Positions 31,901 to 40,900 of a stretch of DNA of 64,000 bases are shown here, piece by piece; positions within the stretch are counted from its first letter, which is position 1; each line of letters opens with the position of its first letter. Below the pieces are notes generated by a model. That model searched no databases. It worked only from the letters and a program-made list of their open reading frames with translations, and was not told the DNA's origin. Both the position numbers and the translations under genes were made by a program. Source of the DNA: Candidatus Omnitrophota bacterium. Its GTDB lineage: Bacteria > Omnitrophota > Omnitrophia > Omnitrophales > Aquincolibacteriaceae. The DNA is taken from contig JAYTHE010000003.1 in NCBI GenBank assembly GCA_043732705.1, positions 10,352-74,351 on the forward strand, in the 5' to 3' direction.

Positions 31901-33083
31901 TTTCATCGCTCAAGAAACGGGCATGATCACGCTCATAGCGCGCGGCATCTTCCGGAGCCCATTCCAACCGCTGCCAAGCGTCCATCAAATCTGTCCAACG
32001 GCTTAATTGATCAAGCCAAATCTGCTGCGGCGTATTTAAATAACTACGGCGTAAATCACTATCCAAAGCCTTAAATTCCGAAATTAAATTTTCATTTAAC
32101 TTCGGAGTCAACCCGAGGAGTTTGATCCACGCCATAAGATTCGGAGAACTTTGAGACAAACCACGCTCCGTTAATTTGGCCTGAATATTTTCAACTGCGG
32201 AAGGGCTTAGTTTTAATGTCAGCTGCAAAAGGCCTACGCGCAAATCCACATCCCGGACTTTTCTAAACTCATGCATTAAAACCGCGCCATCCAGCTTCTC
32301 CATACCTTTTTCCAACTCAGCATATATGGCAACCTGCGGATAGTTTTTTAAATCCACACCTTGGCTTTGCGCGGAGGCAAGCAAGGGCTTCATCCACTCA
32401 GCCGTATTACCCGACGAAGCTTGAGATACGGTCACGTGATTCAAATAAGCAGGCGGCATCATTTGAGAAATCAATCCTCGCAAGACCCGTCGCCACGCGT
32501 CCAAGCGGCCCTGCATTTCTTCACGATTCTGGCGCACAAGCTGATCAACACGCAAATGGCGTTGATAAAGCTCCGCGTTTTCCAATCCAAAAATTCGAAT
32601 CGGCGCTTTCGTTTTGGACTCTGCGGCGGCATATTCCGCGGCGTTCACTTCATGCTGATTAAGCCAAAGACGGAAAACAGAATGGCGAACGGATTCATCC
32701 GGATAGCGCGTTGCCCAATCATGCCAAACTTCTCCCGCGGCGCCTTCAACTCCAATCATGCGAATATCAAATTTTTCAATTAATTGAGATATCGCGGACG
32801 CCGCATTCTCTTGGGCTTCAAGATGATAATGCGCGTCCTGAATAATAAAAACGGGCGCGGAGCTTTGACCTTCAAACGCACGGATGACTTTTCCGGAACC
32901 GCTTTGAAGCTGGATTTTTTTACCGTGAATAACAAAGTCTTCAGCGCTGTGATTAAAGGATTGAAAAACCGCGCTTTGAAAAAGACTTGGGGATGGATTG
33001 GCGTATGCGATGTCTTGCGCGAACATCGCAAAAATCACAACCACCGAAATAAACTTGAAGACGACCCTACTTTTAAACCCCAT
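22983..33083 (-). CDS. Giant multidomain protein 2 (3366 aa): signal peptide, TraB/Tiki-like domain, membrane and GlmS-like cargo bracketed by two RSExR motifs, C-terminal domain
   Basis: 10.1 kb ORF with a strong RBS. IQDAH, VEG and GGFH motifs; class II amidotransferase-like motifs (CCGN...RGGQ..G...HIRFGTS...THP...NGD); several TM clusters. Confidence 0.85.
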   Translation of the reverse strand: MGFKSRVVFKFISVVVIFAMFAQDIAYANPSPSLFQSAVFQSFNHSAEDFVIHGKKIQLQSGSGKVIRAFEGQSSAPVFIIQDAHYHLEAQENAASAISQLIEKFDIRMIGVEGAAGEVWHDWATRYPDESVRHSVFRLWLNQHEVNAAEYAAAESKTKAPIRIFGLENAELYQRHLRVDQLVRQNREEMQGRLDAWRRVLRGLISQMMPPAYLNHVTVSQASSGNTAEWMKPLLASAQSQGVDLKNYPQVAIYAELEKGMEKLDGAVLMHEFRKVRDVDLRVGLLQLTLKLSPSAVENIQAKLTERGLSQSSPNLMAWIKLLGLTPKLNENLISEFKALDSDLRRSYLNTPQQIWLDQLSRWTDLMDAWQRLEWAPEDAARYERDHARFLSDETLSKVLELSKHYRVETTDQKWQALFDANTWAPWLEFYVLALKRDAQLAANTQKILKIAGSKPVLIYAGGFHTPGLERALKSQSISYVTIRPAIRREQDVSEKAAYERALDGHGGFFEKFLKQSVIAANRRSQRIPFELATPDSFPTLGDNVPQGSQAVFEHGGLSLFTFATLVSGNTSFEKLNFSELTVPSQTAWSNVHVESQENQGATGLVTLTTGLGVTDFRWKRHSAHSGHGWQTLDDIDFRLSGQLDPQYLASAVVNTVSAANEGTSFGNLLPSGLLASERETGLVRSEVRAPKPTEKIEKPVIERRPTFIKRVFGHFQFLFFALAGLIAFSASAVAAPKKESAKSKAAAAEVAREKNSEKVKTGLKKLGVSFFQRGRVKDQVVSGKTQVTVRKSILGLPIGAREFKHVSPSLRAGIKLEQAKENGGEVKSSSQSASVKKKTVTASRTKSASPKVASKKMPQTRGNQRVVAVHGTNSGKQADFIDPLQPVAPVVANNPTTVFSRAAQQFVLPPATIPAKQNPVTQFLNTYVAPFVLSPNRAASSPVKASEQTMLGSVSAPEELPLIPVSAFAKLGNLPRSSLPLDFVPVPKLSLPPTTVISHSSVAVPQLATQVEAVAPETKPSGWLQKMMANETQARLTAMQHQQEAERLAAAEQQKKLEEAAKLAADEKLELQKQVAARQLEESERIKSEKAAELARLEAELVKRELERQSAAKVANPQPESPGESRWSKFAGFFSDKYNTWIYFPATKGIKFVDSKIDQIDFLNNHPRLKSWIAFWPVAAWLILTTMFGWIYFKIFHRKTTTAPIGISTNAASVAQIPASALEKGLFLGQLPSLQAGLEGWSADEVDSLRAAIEAKFDTDTESQIYEEAVPQNGGSLFQYLYRLYDLIGEKRREESPVASAAGNFSSRNSWKMWVWPAFEMVGGLSVIFLLGINSLIVLKAIVAFRLAWTGTFILNEWGHTIMSLLVGKPDLSLKNWLGGKSVWHWIASVTPGMPLILGAFTHFIDAGKWRMSLIRWFGWAFSTGIAGWAVLTLFPEIKALWLVPTLELVSNWQNYFNASMLNHWIQSPVLFFSAGIVIIWSFFKDILFPPADPHKACCGNEDQVLDLSDVDPNEKSAYFAEELFIMEQIDAITQVRGGQAKGGRIYLKTKDGKTILLDIKILVGRRRSVSEEWRREVQKGIKKILRNLKNADSVSFHMHIRFGTSSRPAIIETHPFVFDKPMAVDYRYQDSEGNWQTKRVENFQNLASANGDNDFFAYFEDGIGTLKGLDHTQQGMWLESVLDIDNATLGDSPKLAGLLDLLHTKGMWHASFRLAFQDAAGRSFEAAFKNGKLSKDPANRAAPTRKQIAEFTQAWEAHFSQQIARHPKAGQDQIQGWVKDFILRSQTSNQFSFAKRIPADRIESFAARATEVFAWNDLYSAVLIIQKRGSGSYGFVASDTLDPAGVVFAGFLQPLSIAFHESGQRYVVLSEKLAAQVKLPDGKPAYTGRYDLEQTKGQILAIDKGTDGKFRIRGINLTGAKELTDAEVRQSGRFIPLTGNPNLQTIPDNILDPDSWIPENLRLMAFHFKLLDNSWVSEGGESENQLSGEALWNLMRLQWIESQLMEFSVGPGNKFSADSHDMNMFVKAQVGMIGQKLEAGKLNQKNLKSEIALAQKKILAEQVEKNERDAERASKKVKRAKKAEEVQSHFVLPVKPAKNSQPVKMVLVGVENSEDTSRLGTKLMELKFGNYDAVSVDGNVLLEAFNNKHLDGSPIRVGADDSRSFYVDENTIYIFTTSTGQQFASVNDAAAAKDMEKIEMQLRHQTQMMNLREYSRGRVFGMANKDTVLAGILGQKSHLHAKWVNRLFLPFPGEDNISFHPSEVATVALQVQNRSMAHLVLFLSLQAAEMGDMHPFGFDASKGEIEKDRTALLKSVSEFGQYVGYDTEGKPLKDQRRHREIKNSMDETRSHIFESPLKWLVGKFYPFLILVVGAVIVYYKHDNIFLPSGWFAAPGSLLAAILYGSINFIVVAAVPYIAVFSYRLVRSILKAMIQNWAQIKTNSLQAFVWSFSKWFFKLIFRADFSRLLVSQTLPGVALVESPLNIRIIWQFWNKLFSDAPSIVRVFAQRLSHTEAAHYGPPMVNTASHVVNTIPDGKLLGLWQRAKASELFGKQADGIASLPFRFLERWFGLARISPNIMTITQDSGKRLAGQKNLVIHNDLAKEVSVHAEFVQSLREHLKISDAAAESIRKAFDDMRFQNQFYDAQVTEARRLVREILSAELKNGNLYAAETLTADYFERQRDHILFFEFAVAGQLRITTFYVAAFDVASKIRKSTYNIFRAVASPFVNLGKWLFGTASKIRAATTASTQSGAPVAAAIRRLLQATGIVLDENEPEYYYHGSLPFTVVTQDESSFREFMFSRPAAQAKKQKTPPLKSNFTLVRLALKMGQPRLAEAQRSGQGIAELIAWQSQDLLPLTEQINDEILKPSNLDEKRLVEELLALQTAILKLSKPAALSGPAASVQGKSNFSMAHVRLAVSLGKKRLDTVRKTGQGAAELLQWSETSLAPRAEEIVEGKISTSGEADHKTIEELSALQADISALSPHKKAVIKHVEVDAEDLAEQLRQGVNKELAFDGKIEPNADLEKEVAALEARVSGLNGDLGAFGLKLLELAPRFQHDGVDVMVRQKFGTLRMTIAEKLQVLAEAEGELLRQFLPPENVESPNLIGKRRRTDMGRSSKIVRPKLPSGTNPKQERVSKVLAVLKQTKVAGNEKAPPKAPQKKKKGDSGKNRSEFRDLSAALSESASVASELETARLQKLLAQLPSVDFGASSFAQTSGYVLLVNPDALLIQSMASSSPNKKLVLYFDKDSEVKVVALKQQLPSVNAKWILQSQSGPLDAYVRFMKGNQRIDANEVVEVRASSAMNSLSVEQQAMRVAQLLGSTPEALVVYGNRGAPLAGVRNLSIVDVLENFVMSARRFSTQA

Positions 33084-33174
33084 ACTCCCCCACTCCTCTT
33101 CGAACTAAATTCTAGAAATCTCCCAGTACACGGTGCGAAACTTTCTAAAATCATTTATCTAACGTTTATATAGA

Positions 33175-33190
33175 TGCATAGACCATGCCA
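33175..33190 (-). promoter_or_regulatory. Putative sigma54 promoter of giant gene 2
   Basis: Minus strand reads TGGCATGGTCTATGCA, matching the TGGCA-N8-GC spacing, about 90 nt upstream of the ATG. Confidence 0.6.
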
Positions 33191-33206
33191 ACTTTTAAAT
33201 TCAATA

Positions 33207-33219
33207 TAAGTCATTGATT
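33207..33219 (-). promoter_or_regulatory. Putative IHF binding site
   Basis: Minus strand AATCAATGACTTA matches WATCAANNNNTTR and lies just upstream of the sigma54-like promoter. Confidence 0.45.
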
Positions 33220-33320
33220 TCATTGATGTTAGAACATAACAGCGAAGTAAAAGGCAACTAAATAGCACCACAAAACGGTGGAAAAATTCATTTTTGGAGG
33301 AGAATAAAGGCCGGAAATGA

Positions 33321-33353
33321 AAAAACGCAGGTATCCGAAGATACCTGCGTTTT
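33321..33353 (-). terminator. Intrinsic terminator of the DEAD-box helicase gene
   Basis: Perfect stem aaaacgcaggtat/atacctgcgtttt followed by a U-tract on the minus strand. Confidence 0.75.
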
Positions 33354-33454
33354 AGAACTTACCTATCAGTTTTTAAGCTGACTGCGGTTGCGCTTCAGCG
33401 CAGAGCTTAAATGTGACTCATGCAGTTGAGCCGAAAGGCTCAGAGCAGAAACAA

Positions 33455-34759
33455 TTAGCGTCTGCCGCGTGGACCAAAAGAGCGCCCACCTCCGCCAAAA
33501 CCGCCGCGTCCACCGCGACCACCGCCGAAACCACCGCGGCTGCTCATTTGCCGAGGGTTAAGACGGCTCGAAGAACCGCGACTACGATCAGGAAATTTTG
33601 CGGAAGGAACATCGGGATGTTCAAGAACAGCAAGCTGTTTTTGAACCAAACGTTCAATGCGCGCAACTTCCATATATTGATCAGGCATCGCGAAAGTGAC
33701 CGCGCGGCCATGATGTCCGGCACGGCCCGTACGGCCAATGCGGTGAACATAATTGTCCAAATCATCCGGAAGATCATAGTTCACAACAAGTTCAATCGCT
33801 TGGACGTCAATACCACGGGAAGCGATGTCGGTTGCAACAAGCACGCGATAGCGTCCTGTTTTAAAACCATCTAAAGCTTCGCGCCGCTGACCCAAAGTAC
33901 GGTCCGAGTGAATCTGCGCAACATTGATTCCGGCCTGATGTAAGCCGCGGGCGATTTTAACCGCGCCGATTTTTGTGCGTGAAAAAATAAGAACGCTGCC
34001 CTTTGAAGTTTCGAGAAGTTTCACGAGCAAGCCGTTTTTATTTTCTTTTGCAACAATGTACATTTCTTGTGTTACAAGATCTGATGTTGTTCCGGGCTTT
34101 GCGATTTCAACGTAAGCCGGAAGTTGAAGATAAGTCGAAGCCAATTGCATGATTTTCGGCGGCATGGTCGCGGAGAAAAGCATGGTTTGACGTTCTTTCG
34201 GAATCTGTTTCATCACTTGACGAATTTGGGGTTCAAAGCCCATATCGAACATGCGGTCCGCTTCATCCAAAACGAGACAGTTCACATCACTTAAATTAAT
34301 CGTGCGCTGTTCCATATGGTCGAGCAAACGTCCCGGCGTCGCGAGGATAATACGCGGCTGACGGCGAAGCGCCTGAACCTGCATATGCATCGAAGCTCCG
34401 CCAATCAAAAGCGCGGTACGCATATTAAACTTGGGCGCAATTTTATTCATGGTTTCTTCCACTTGAGCAGCCAGCTCACGTGTCGGAACCACGACAAGGC
34501 CTTTGCCCTTCATAGCAGCCAAGCGCATAATCATCGGAATGGCGAACGCAAGCGTTTTGCCGGTTCCGGTTTGAGCGATACCAATAAGATCCTTACCCTC
34601 AATCGCAGGAGGCAAAGCCTGATGCTGAATGGGTGTCGGATGCTTAAATTGCATTTTATCGAGAATTTCCAGGATCATCGGCGCAATGCCGAGTCCATCA
34701 AAAGAGTGCTGATTTTGTACCGGGACAGCAGAATCCGGAGTTTTTGTAGTTGTATTCAT
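33455..34759 (-). CDS. DEAD-box RNA helicase (RhlE-like)
   Basis: Q motif, AQTGTGKT, PTRELA, TPGR, DEAD, SAT, RGID and HRIGRTGR motifs, plus an RGG tail. Confidence 0.95.
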   Translation of the reverse strand: MNTTTKTPDSAVPVQNQHSFDGLGIAPMILEILDKMQFKHPTPIQHQALPPAIEGKDLIGIAQTGTGKTLAFAIPMIMRLAAMKGKGLVVVPTRELAAQVEETMNKIAPKFNMRTALLIGGASMHMQVQALRRQPRIILATPGRLLDHMEQRTINLSDVNCLVLDEADRMFDMGFEPQIRQVMKQIPKERQTMLFSATMPPKIMQLASTYLQLPAYVEIAKPGTTSDLVTQEMYIVAKENKNGLLVKLLETSKGSVLIFSRTKIGAVKIARGLHQAGINVAQIHSDRTLGQRREALDGFKTGRYRVLVATDIASRGIDVQAIELVVNYDLPDDLDNYVHRIGRTGRAGHHGRAVTFAMPDQYMEVARIERLVQKQLAVLEHPDVPSAKFPDRSRGSSSRLNPRQMSSRGGFGGGRGGRGGFGGGGRSFGPRGRR

Positions 34760-34803
34760 CCGGACATTATAGAGGACGAACCCATATCCATGGGTTTTAT
34801 TTT

Positions 34804-34846
34804 CACCCTAACCTTGTACACATCGGATGTGTACAAGGTTAGGGTG
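34804..34846. repeat. Perfect 43-nt palindrome of the 'gtacacatcggatgtg' repeat family
   Basis: caccctaaccttgtacacatc-g-gatgtgtacaaggttagggtg. Related copies at 15414-15467 and 63215-63270. Confidence 0.8.
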
Positions 34847-34921
34847 GGGACAATTTACAGGTTTGAGGAGGAATAAAAAAGAGAGTCGGAAAAGCGGCGG
34901 CTTTTTATTAAATGGGAATGC

Positions 34922-37900
34922 CTACGCAGCGGAAGCGAAAACTGAGAAAATCCGCGCGAGATGTTGAACTTCGCCGAGAATTCCGGCGCGGTCATAAAAC
35001 TTTTGAAGCTGTCCGGTTGTAAAACGAATGAGCTCATCGAAGTCCGGCAAAGCCTCTTCTCCCGCAAGCGCCATTCCCTGAATACGGGTCACGCCATGCC
35101 GGGTCAGCCAAACACGAGCTTCCCGGATATTCTCCGCGACGAAAATCCGTTCCGTAAGTTTGTTCGTCTGGATCCACTGCACCGCTTTTATTTTTTCAGA
35201 TCCGCTCGCAATCAGCGCGAACGGCACGCCTTCAAAAACTTCTTTGGCCGCCGCTAAAAATCCTTCGCGCACTAAAGCCGGAGAAAGCACAATTCCATCC
35301 TTGACCTGAATATCCACTCCCAACATTCCTGTCAGGTGAGCAAGGTTTTGCTTTTTCTGCTCTGTTGAAACGAGAAGCGGCAAAACCGCCAAAAACTCTT
35401 CGTGATGCTTGAGATAATAAACCGCGTCTTTCACTGAAAGAATTCCATCGGCAAATAATCTTGCCGCCATTATTTTCAAAGCTATGATTTTATTTTTCGG
35501 CACAACAACCGGCTCGATCGCCCTATGTTCAGACCTTGCTGTTGCTTTCACTTCCACTTTCTTTTCTAGACGCATTTCGGAGCGCTCAAATAACACTTTT
35601 CCGGTTTTATCTACTGTTAAAACATGTTCATCCTCAACATATGCTTTAAAAACTCCGTCTTCTTCCCTGATCGTATGCCTTTGAGCGTGAAAGTCTAGGG
35701 TTCCAAATAAAAATTGTGGGGCGAGATACACTTCATCGTCATAGTAAAGCCGCTGAGCCTTTCCCCCACGAACATCGATTGAAGCTAAGCCTTTTTGGGT
35801 TTGAAAAAAAATACGCTCAAAAGGATGCGGAACCCACTTAACGTCACGCGGATAGATTTGAAATTTCATGCGTAGCACCCCTAATTCATCAGCCATGTAA
35901 TCTGCTAAACCTGAAGTTTGGGCAAACCCTCTTCTTTGCATATTAACAAAATGCGACAAATCATCGATGCTAACCTCAGCTTGCGGAAGCATGGTCTCGG
36001 CAAGTGAATTAAATAGCCTGTCTGTTGGAGCTTGAACAGCTCCTTCATTCCCCCAATAAGCAACGGATGTTTTCTTTTGATCCATTAAAAGAAGCGCCAT
36101 AATTCTAAAAACACTTGGAGCAGAGCCTTTCGGTGAAGGCTCATTTGTTATTTCCGCAAAAGGAATATGCTGAATATCATTTAGATTAATACCGGGCTGC
36201 CAATCAATGAAAACGGGCCCTTCTTCTATTTCTGCTGAATGCACAACTCCATCGCCATTCGAATCTAAAACTATAAAAGAACCATCTGCCATACGTGTGC
36301 GCACCCGAACAATTTTTCCGGCCTCCCAAATTAAGTCATCCACTAAGTTTCCATTTAGATCTTCCGTTTTGATCCAATGATCACTCTCGTCGAAAATTCT
36401 TTTTGACCCTTCCAGCATGGTTTGCACGCGTATTTCGGCGCGCTGGCTGAGAGAACCGGTATCATCCCGTGATTCCGACCGATATTTTTTCTGCATTTGT
36501 TCTAAGACATATCCGAGCGATTCTTTGAGCCCCTGCCTGTCATGATTCCAATCTGTGGGCCAATCGTTGCTGGCAGCAAAAGCATAGTCATGTATCTTTA
36601 TCATGATGTTCAGCAACGGAGCAAGGCTTGCTTGGGCAGTGCTTAATTTCTGTTCGCTACTTAAAACCATAATGTAGGTTTGCGCTGCGAATGTTTTAAG
36701 TTCATCGAGGTAAGCATGCCGCGCACGCATTTCTTCCGGGTTTTCTGCGAACGCGGTAAATTCCCATCTGCGGTTGATTAAATCTTGTAGGATTTTTAAA
36801 GTATTTTTTGGAAGATTGTCGTTCGTCACGCGTTCAAGCTCAGCTTCCAACTCCTCAATCAGTCTTTCATTTTCGCCCGCAAGATCCATACGTCCACCCA
36901 ACATAAGCTCAAAGACAAAGCCTGCCGCTTGAATGCCTTGTCGGGCATAAAGCTTGTCTGCCGGCATTTTTAAATGCTGCTGTAACTCAGTAATAACTTT
37001 TTTCCAAAAATTAGTATACGCCTGAGCCGCTTCAAAAATAACATAGCTCTGATTTCTGCGCTCTGCCGTCATAACATCTGTCACCATGAGATGTGCGCTT
37101 AGCACATCCAAGCGCCGCTTATGGCTTTCGACTTTTCCAAGCAAACCCCCTAGATCATCCGGTGTAATATCACCTTTTTGACTAAGCCGCTGAAACTCTT
37201 GGCGCAAATCCGTGGCCGAATGCTCTAAGCTAAATTCAACGCCTTTTCCATAACCACTTGTCCGTTTCCAAATTTGATTAAAACCTTCTTCATTCGTTAA
37301 AACACCCGGATAAGCTACCTTCGCCTGGATGATGACATTTTGCCTTTCAAGATCTTCCCACTGACCATAAAGATATTTCACAGATTCAGCAGGCGTACGA
37401 ATCTCCGAGCGAGAAGGCGAATTCGAAGCAGCGCGAAAACCTATTTTGAGATGATCGATCGCGCCTCGAATGCTATCAAAAACAGGATAGCCACTACGGG
37501 TTAAGCTCCCTTGAGACGGTGGGATAAAGGAAGCGCCAAAATAAACCGCCGCCGCAGAAATAAATAATGCCGGAATCCATGCCCCACTCAGCGCGAGGCC
37601 AAGACCGGTGAGACCTGCGGCAGCCAAACCCAAAACGGATTTCCAATTAAAATTCTCGTGTGAAAATGATTCACCATTAAAGTTTTCGCGCGACATTCGC
37701 CCTACATGACTCTCCGCAACCTCAAGCTTTTGATTGCTCCGTGCTTCGGAACGCTGTTTTTTAAAAGGTTCTTGCGATGCAATCATTCCGGCCCATTTCG
37801 CAAGAGCAGGCCGTTCTTTTTTGGGAACCTTAAAACCCGGAATGGGTCGAATCTGTAGAAGATAAATAACGGAGTCCTTGATCGCAAATTCGACTTGAAC

Positions 37901-40900
37901 GACATACCCAAACCATTCTTCAAGCGCCAAAGTAATGTCTGTTAACTCGGCAATCTGCGCGCGCGACAATGAAACGGTGTTGCGTTCTTCAGGCGTAGTC
38001 TCAACATTCATTGTGGCGCCTTTGCCGTCGACGATTGTTTTCTTTCTTTTTTCCCCCGGAAAAATCTGCGGAATTTTTGTCACCTTATCGACAACAATGG
38101 CATCCGCGTCTTGATCGGCATCAACGATGGCTTGCCCTAAACCATAACCGGCATTGATCACCATAAAACCACGATCGTCACTTGAAATCTCAACGGATGA
38201 AATGACCCCGGAAGTATCAGCTGAAATAAGCTGCTGAATGACGGCTCCCTCATCTTTCAATAGGTCAAAAAAATCCGCAGGATCAGCATCCCACAAATAA
38301 CTCAGTGACGGCTCTCCATAAAGCGACGCCCATGTCTGTCTGAGATATTTTTCGACAAGCGCGGGGGTCGTTGCGCCCAAATTTGTGGCAAAAAGACCTG
38401 CTGCTGAAGAGCGAGGGGTGTCTTCTAATTTTGTCGACGACCGCACCGCCCATAGCCCACCTGAAACAACTCGTGAAATTTCTTCGGACATTTCTTGCGG
38501 TAATTCCTGAGCAAGAAACGCCTCCTCGATTTTTTGTGATTTTTCCTTAATACTTAAAAGTCTGTCTGCCAATACGCTCTTAACGTATGCTCGTAAAGTC
38601 TGCGCTTTCGGCCCCTGCCCCATAACAGTCTGATCGAGAAACTCATTAAATGCATGGGCTGTCACCGCGTAGCCCAAAGCCACGGACAAACGCATTGATT
38701 TATTTTTCTTCTGTCCGTTATACCAATCAACAAAGTGGTTCAGCCAGCCGAGATTGGCTCCTTTATTGCCCGTAATCTCATAATAATCAATCCCAGTATC
38801 AGAAAGCGCGATCAACCTTTTTTTTCTTAAAGCATCTCTTCGAGCGCGTCGCTGTTTTTGAATTTGAACGGCATCTTTCTTTAATTTTGCGACTTGCTTC
38901 TGATTTATTTTTTCCAACCGAATGCCTAGTTTTTCAAAAGCGGCCACACGCTCAAGAATACGCGCTAAAAGAAAATAAGTTTCTTGATTAAAAGGATGTT
39001 TTTTATTTTGCTCAATAATCTCAGAGACCCTTTCTTCAAGTTGTGCCTTGAGATGGCGAATCGTCTTTTGAATTTCTCCAAAAACACTCTCTTGCTTGCT
39101 GTTTAGATCAATGCCGGGCTCACCCAAAACAATTTCCCCGAGAAAGCTTTGCACCGCTTGAAATGCCGCAACTTCGGTTCGCAAACGCCGGATTTCATAG
39201 TAAATTTGATCCAAGCGCGCAACGACACCAACAGCCTCTCTTGCGCGGCTAAAATCACGCAGTATTTGCCCTTTCGCGTGACGGTATAGCGTTTTCAAAT
39301 AGGCTTTAATACCCTCTCTTAATTCATCGTCTGCCGGCGATAATAAATTTTTTAATTGCTCAAAATACTTCCCTTCGCCGCTCTGAAACAATTGCGCTAA
39401 ACTTCCACGTTTATGCGCGGGGGAAAGCAAGGTCCCGTCAAAAATAATTTGTCGCAGGATAAATTTTACAAGCAAAATATTTTTTGCCTGAACGGCCCTG
39501 GAAATGATCTCAATTAGTTTTTGAATCTGCTTTTCAAGTTCACTTGCGGTAGCTGCTTTTTCAATCGAGCTGATCGTGTGATACGCCTCGAGAACAACAG
39601 GATCTTTTCCAAGCCAATGAATCATACCCGTTGTCCCATTGATGGTAACCAGATCGCCCTCTTCGATTCGGATATTTTCTCCGTCCGTTACAGCCTGAAT
39701 TAAAGGGTAACCTTGAAAGTTTTCGGCGCGATCCACAATTTTTCCGGAGATTTCCAGCGCCGCGCCCCCTCCGGAAGACGGCTTTAAAACAGCGTGAGAT
39801 ACTTGAACCCGCGGCTTTCCAAAATGTTTTGCGCGAGTATTGAAATGATCTAGCTTATTCCCTACTTCGGATATAACCCCATTCGCCATTCTCAGAAGGT
39901 TAATATTGCCTTCATTGAGCGTGGAAACATATAAAATATCTCCTTCTTGCGCACCCTCACTGAAGCGAATTGGGCCGGTGGCAGTACCAGGAAGAAATCC
40001 AAACCCTTGAATAGCCTCACCCGTATAAATCGAGCCTTCAGCGGGCGTTCGAAACTCCATCTCCAAATTGTCTGCCAGCCGCGCATAGTCTCCGGGCTGA
40101 CTTTTTGAGACATGAATTTCTATGTTACTCCTTGATAACAAAATACTTGCCGCATCCGGAGTCAACAACTGACCTTGACTCCAAATTCCCCCCGCCAAAA
40201 GACTTTTTTTGTCCGCGGATCGCACTAAAACCACTTCAATCGTTCCCGTAATCAGGCTCACTTCCGCTGAGTAAACCATCGCTTGTCCAATGAGCCCAAT
40301 ATGCTTTAGTCTAAATGTCGTATTGCTTACCATTTGACCCATCTGAATTAAATTTTCGCGCTTTGACAAGTCTTGCCAAGTCTCAACAAAATTTCTGATA
40401 GGCGAAGACGCAATATAATGGGGATTGATTTCATATCCATGAGCCCCTTGAATAATTCTTCCGGCGTTCACGGTGCGACTCACTACGGAATTAAAAAAAG
40501 TTTCAATAAAAATCTGCCCAAAGACGGCGCTATCATATTCAGGCATCGCTTCCAACCCCAACGCTGCCAGGGTTGATTGCAAAGCAGAGTGAATTTTTTT
40601 TCCATTCTCGCGGAACTCCACATTTTGCGCGTCATCATACGGTTCCGGAGATTCCCAAAACTTCCCCTTACTTACGACAATTTTCTGTGGAACCGCCGCG
40701 GTATCATCCTCTCCTGCGGAACTTTTTGTGTAATTCATCGGAATATCAATGGGTGTGACTTTGCCCGCGGTCAAAATAATTTTTTGAGACCACGCCTCAA
40801 TAATTTGATCAAGCTCGTCTTTTGAATAAGATTCGGCAAGATCTCTAAGCGCCTGATCCGTATTTACAATCCGAAGCAGCATATCCATCGCAATTTTTGT

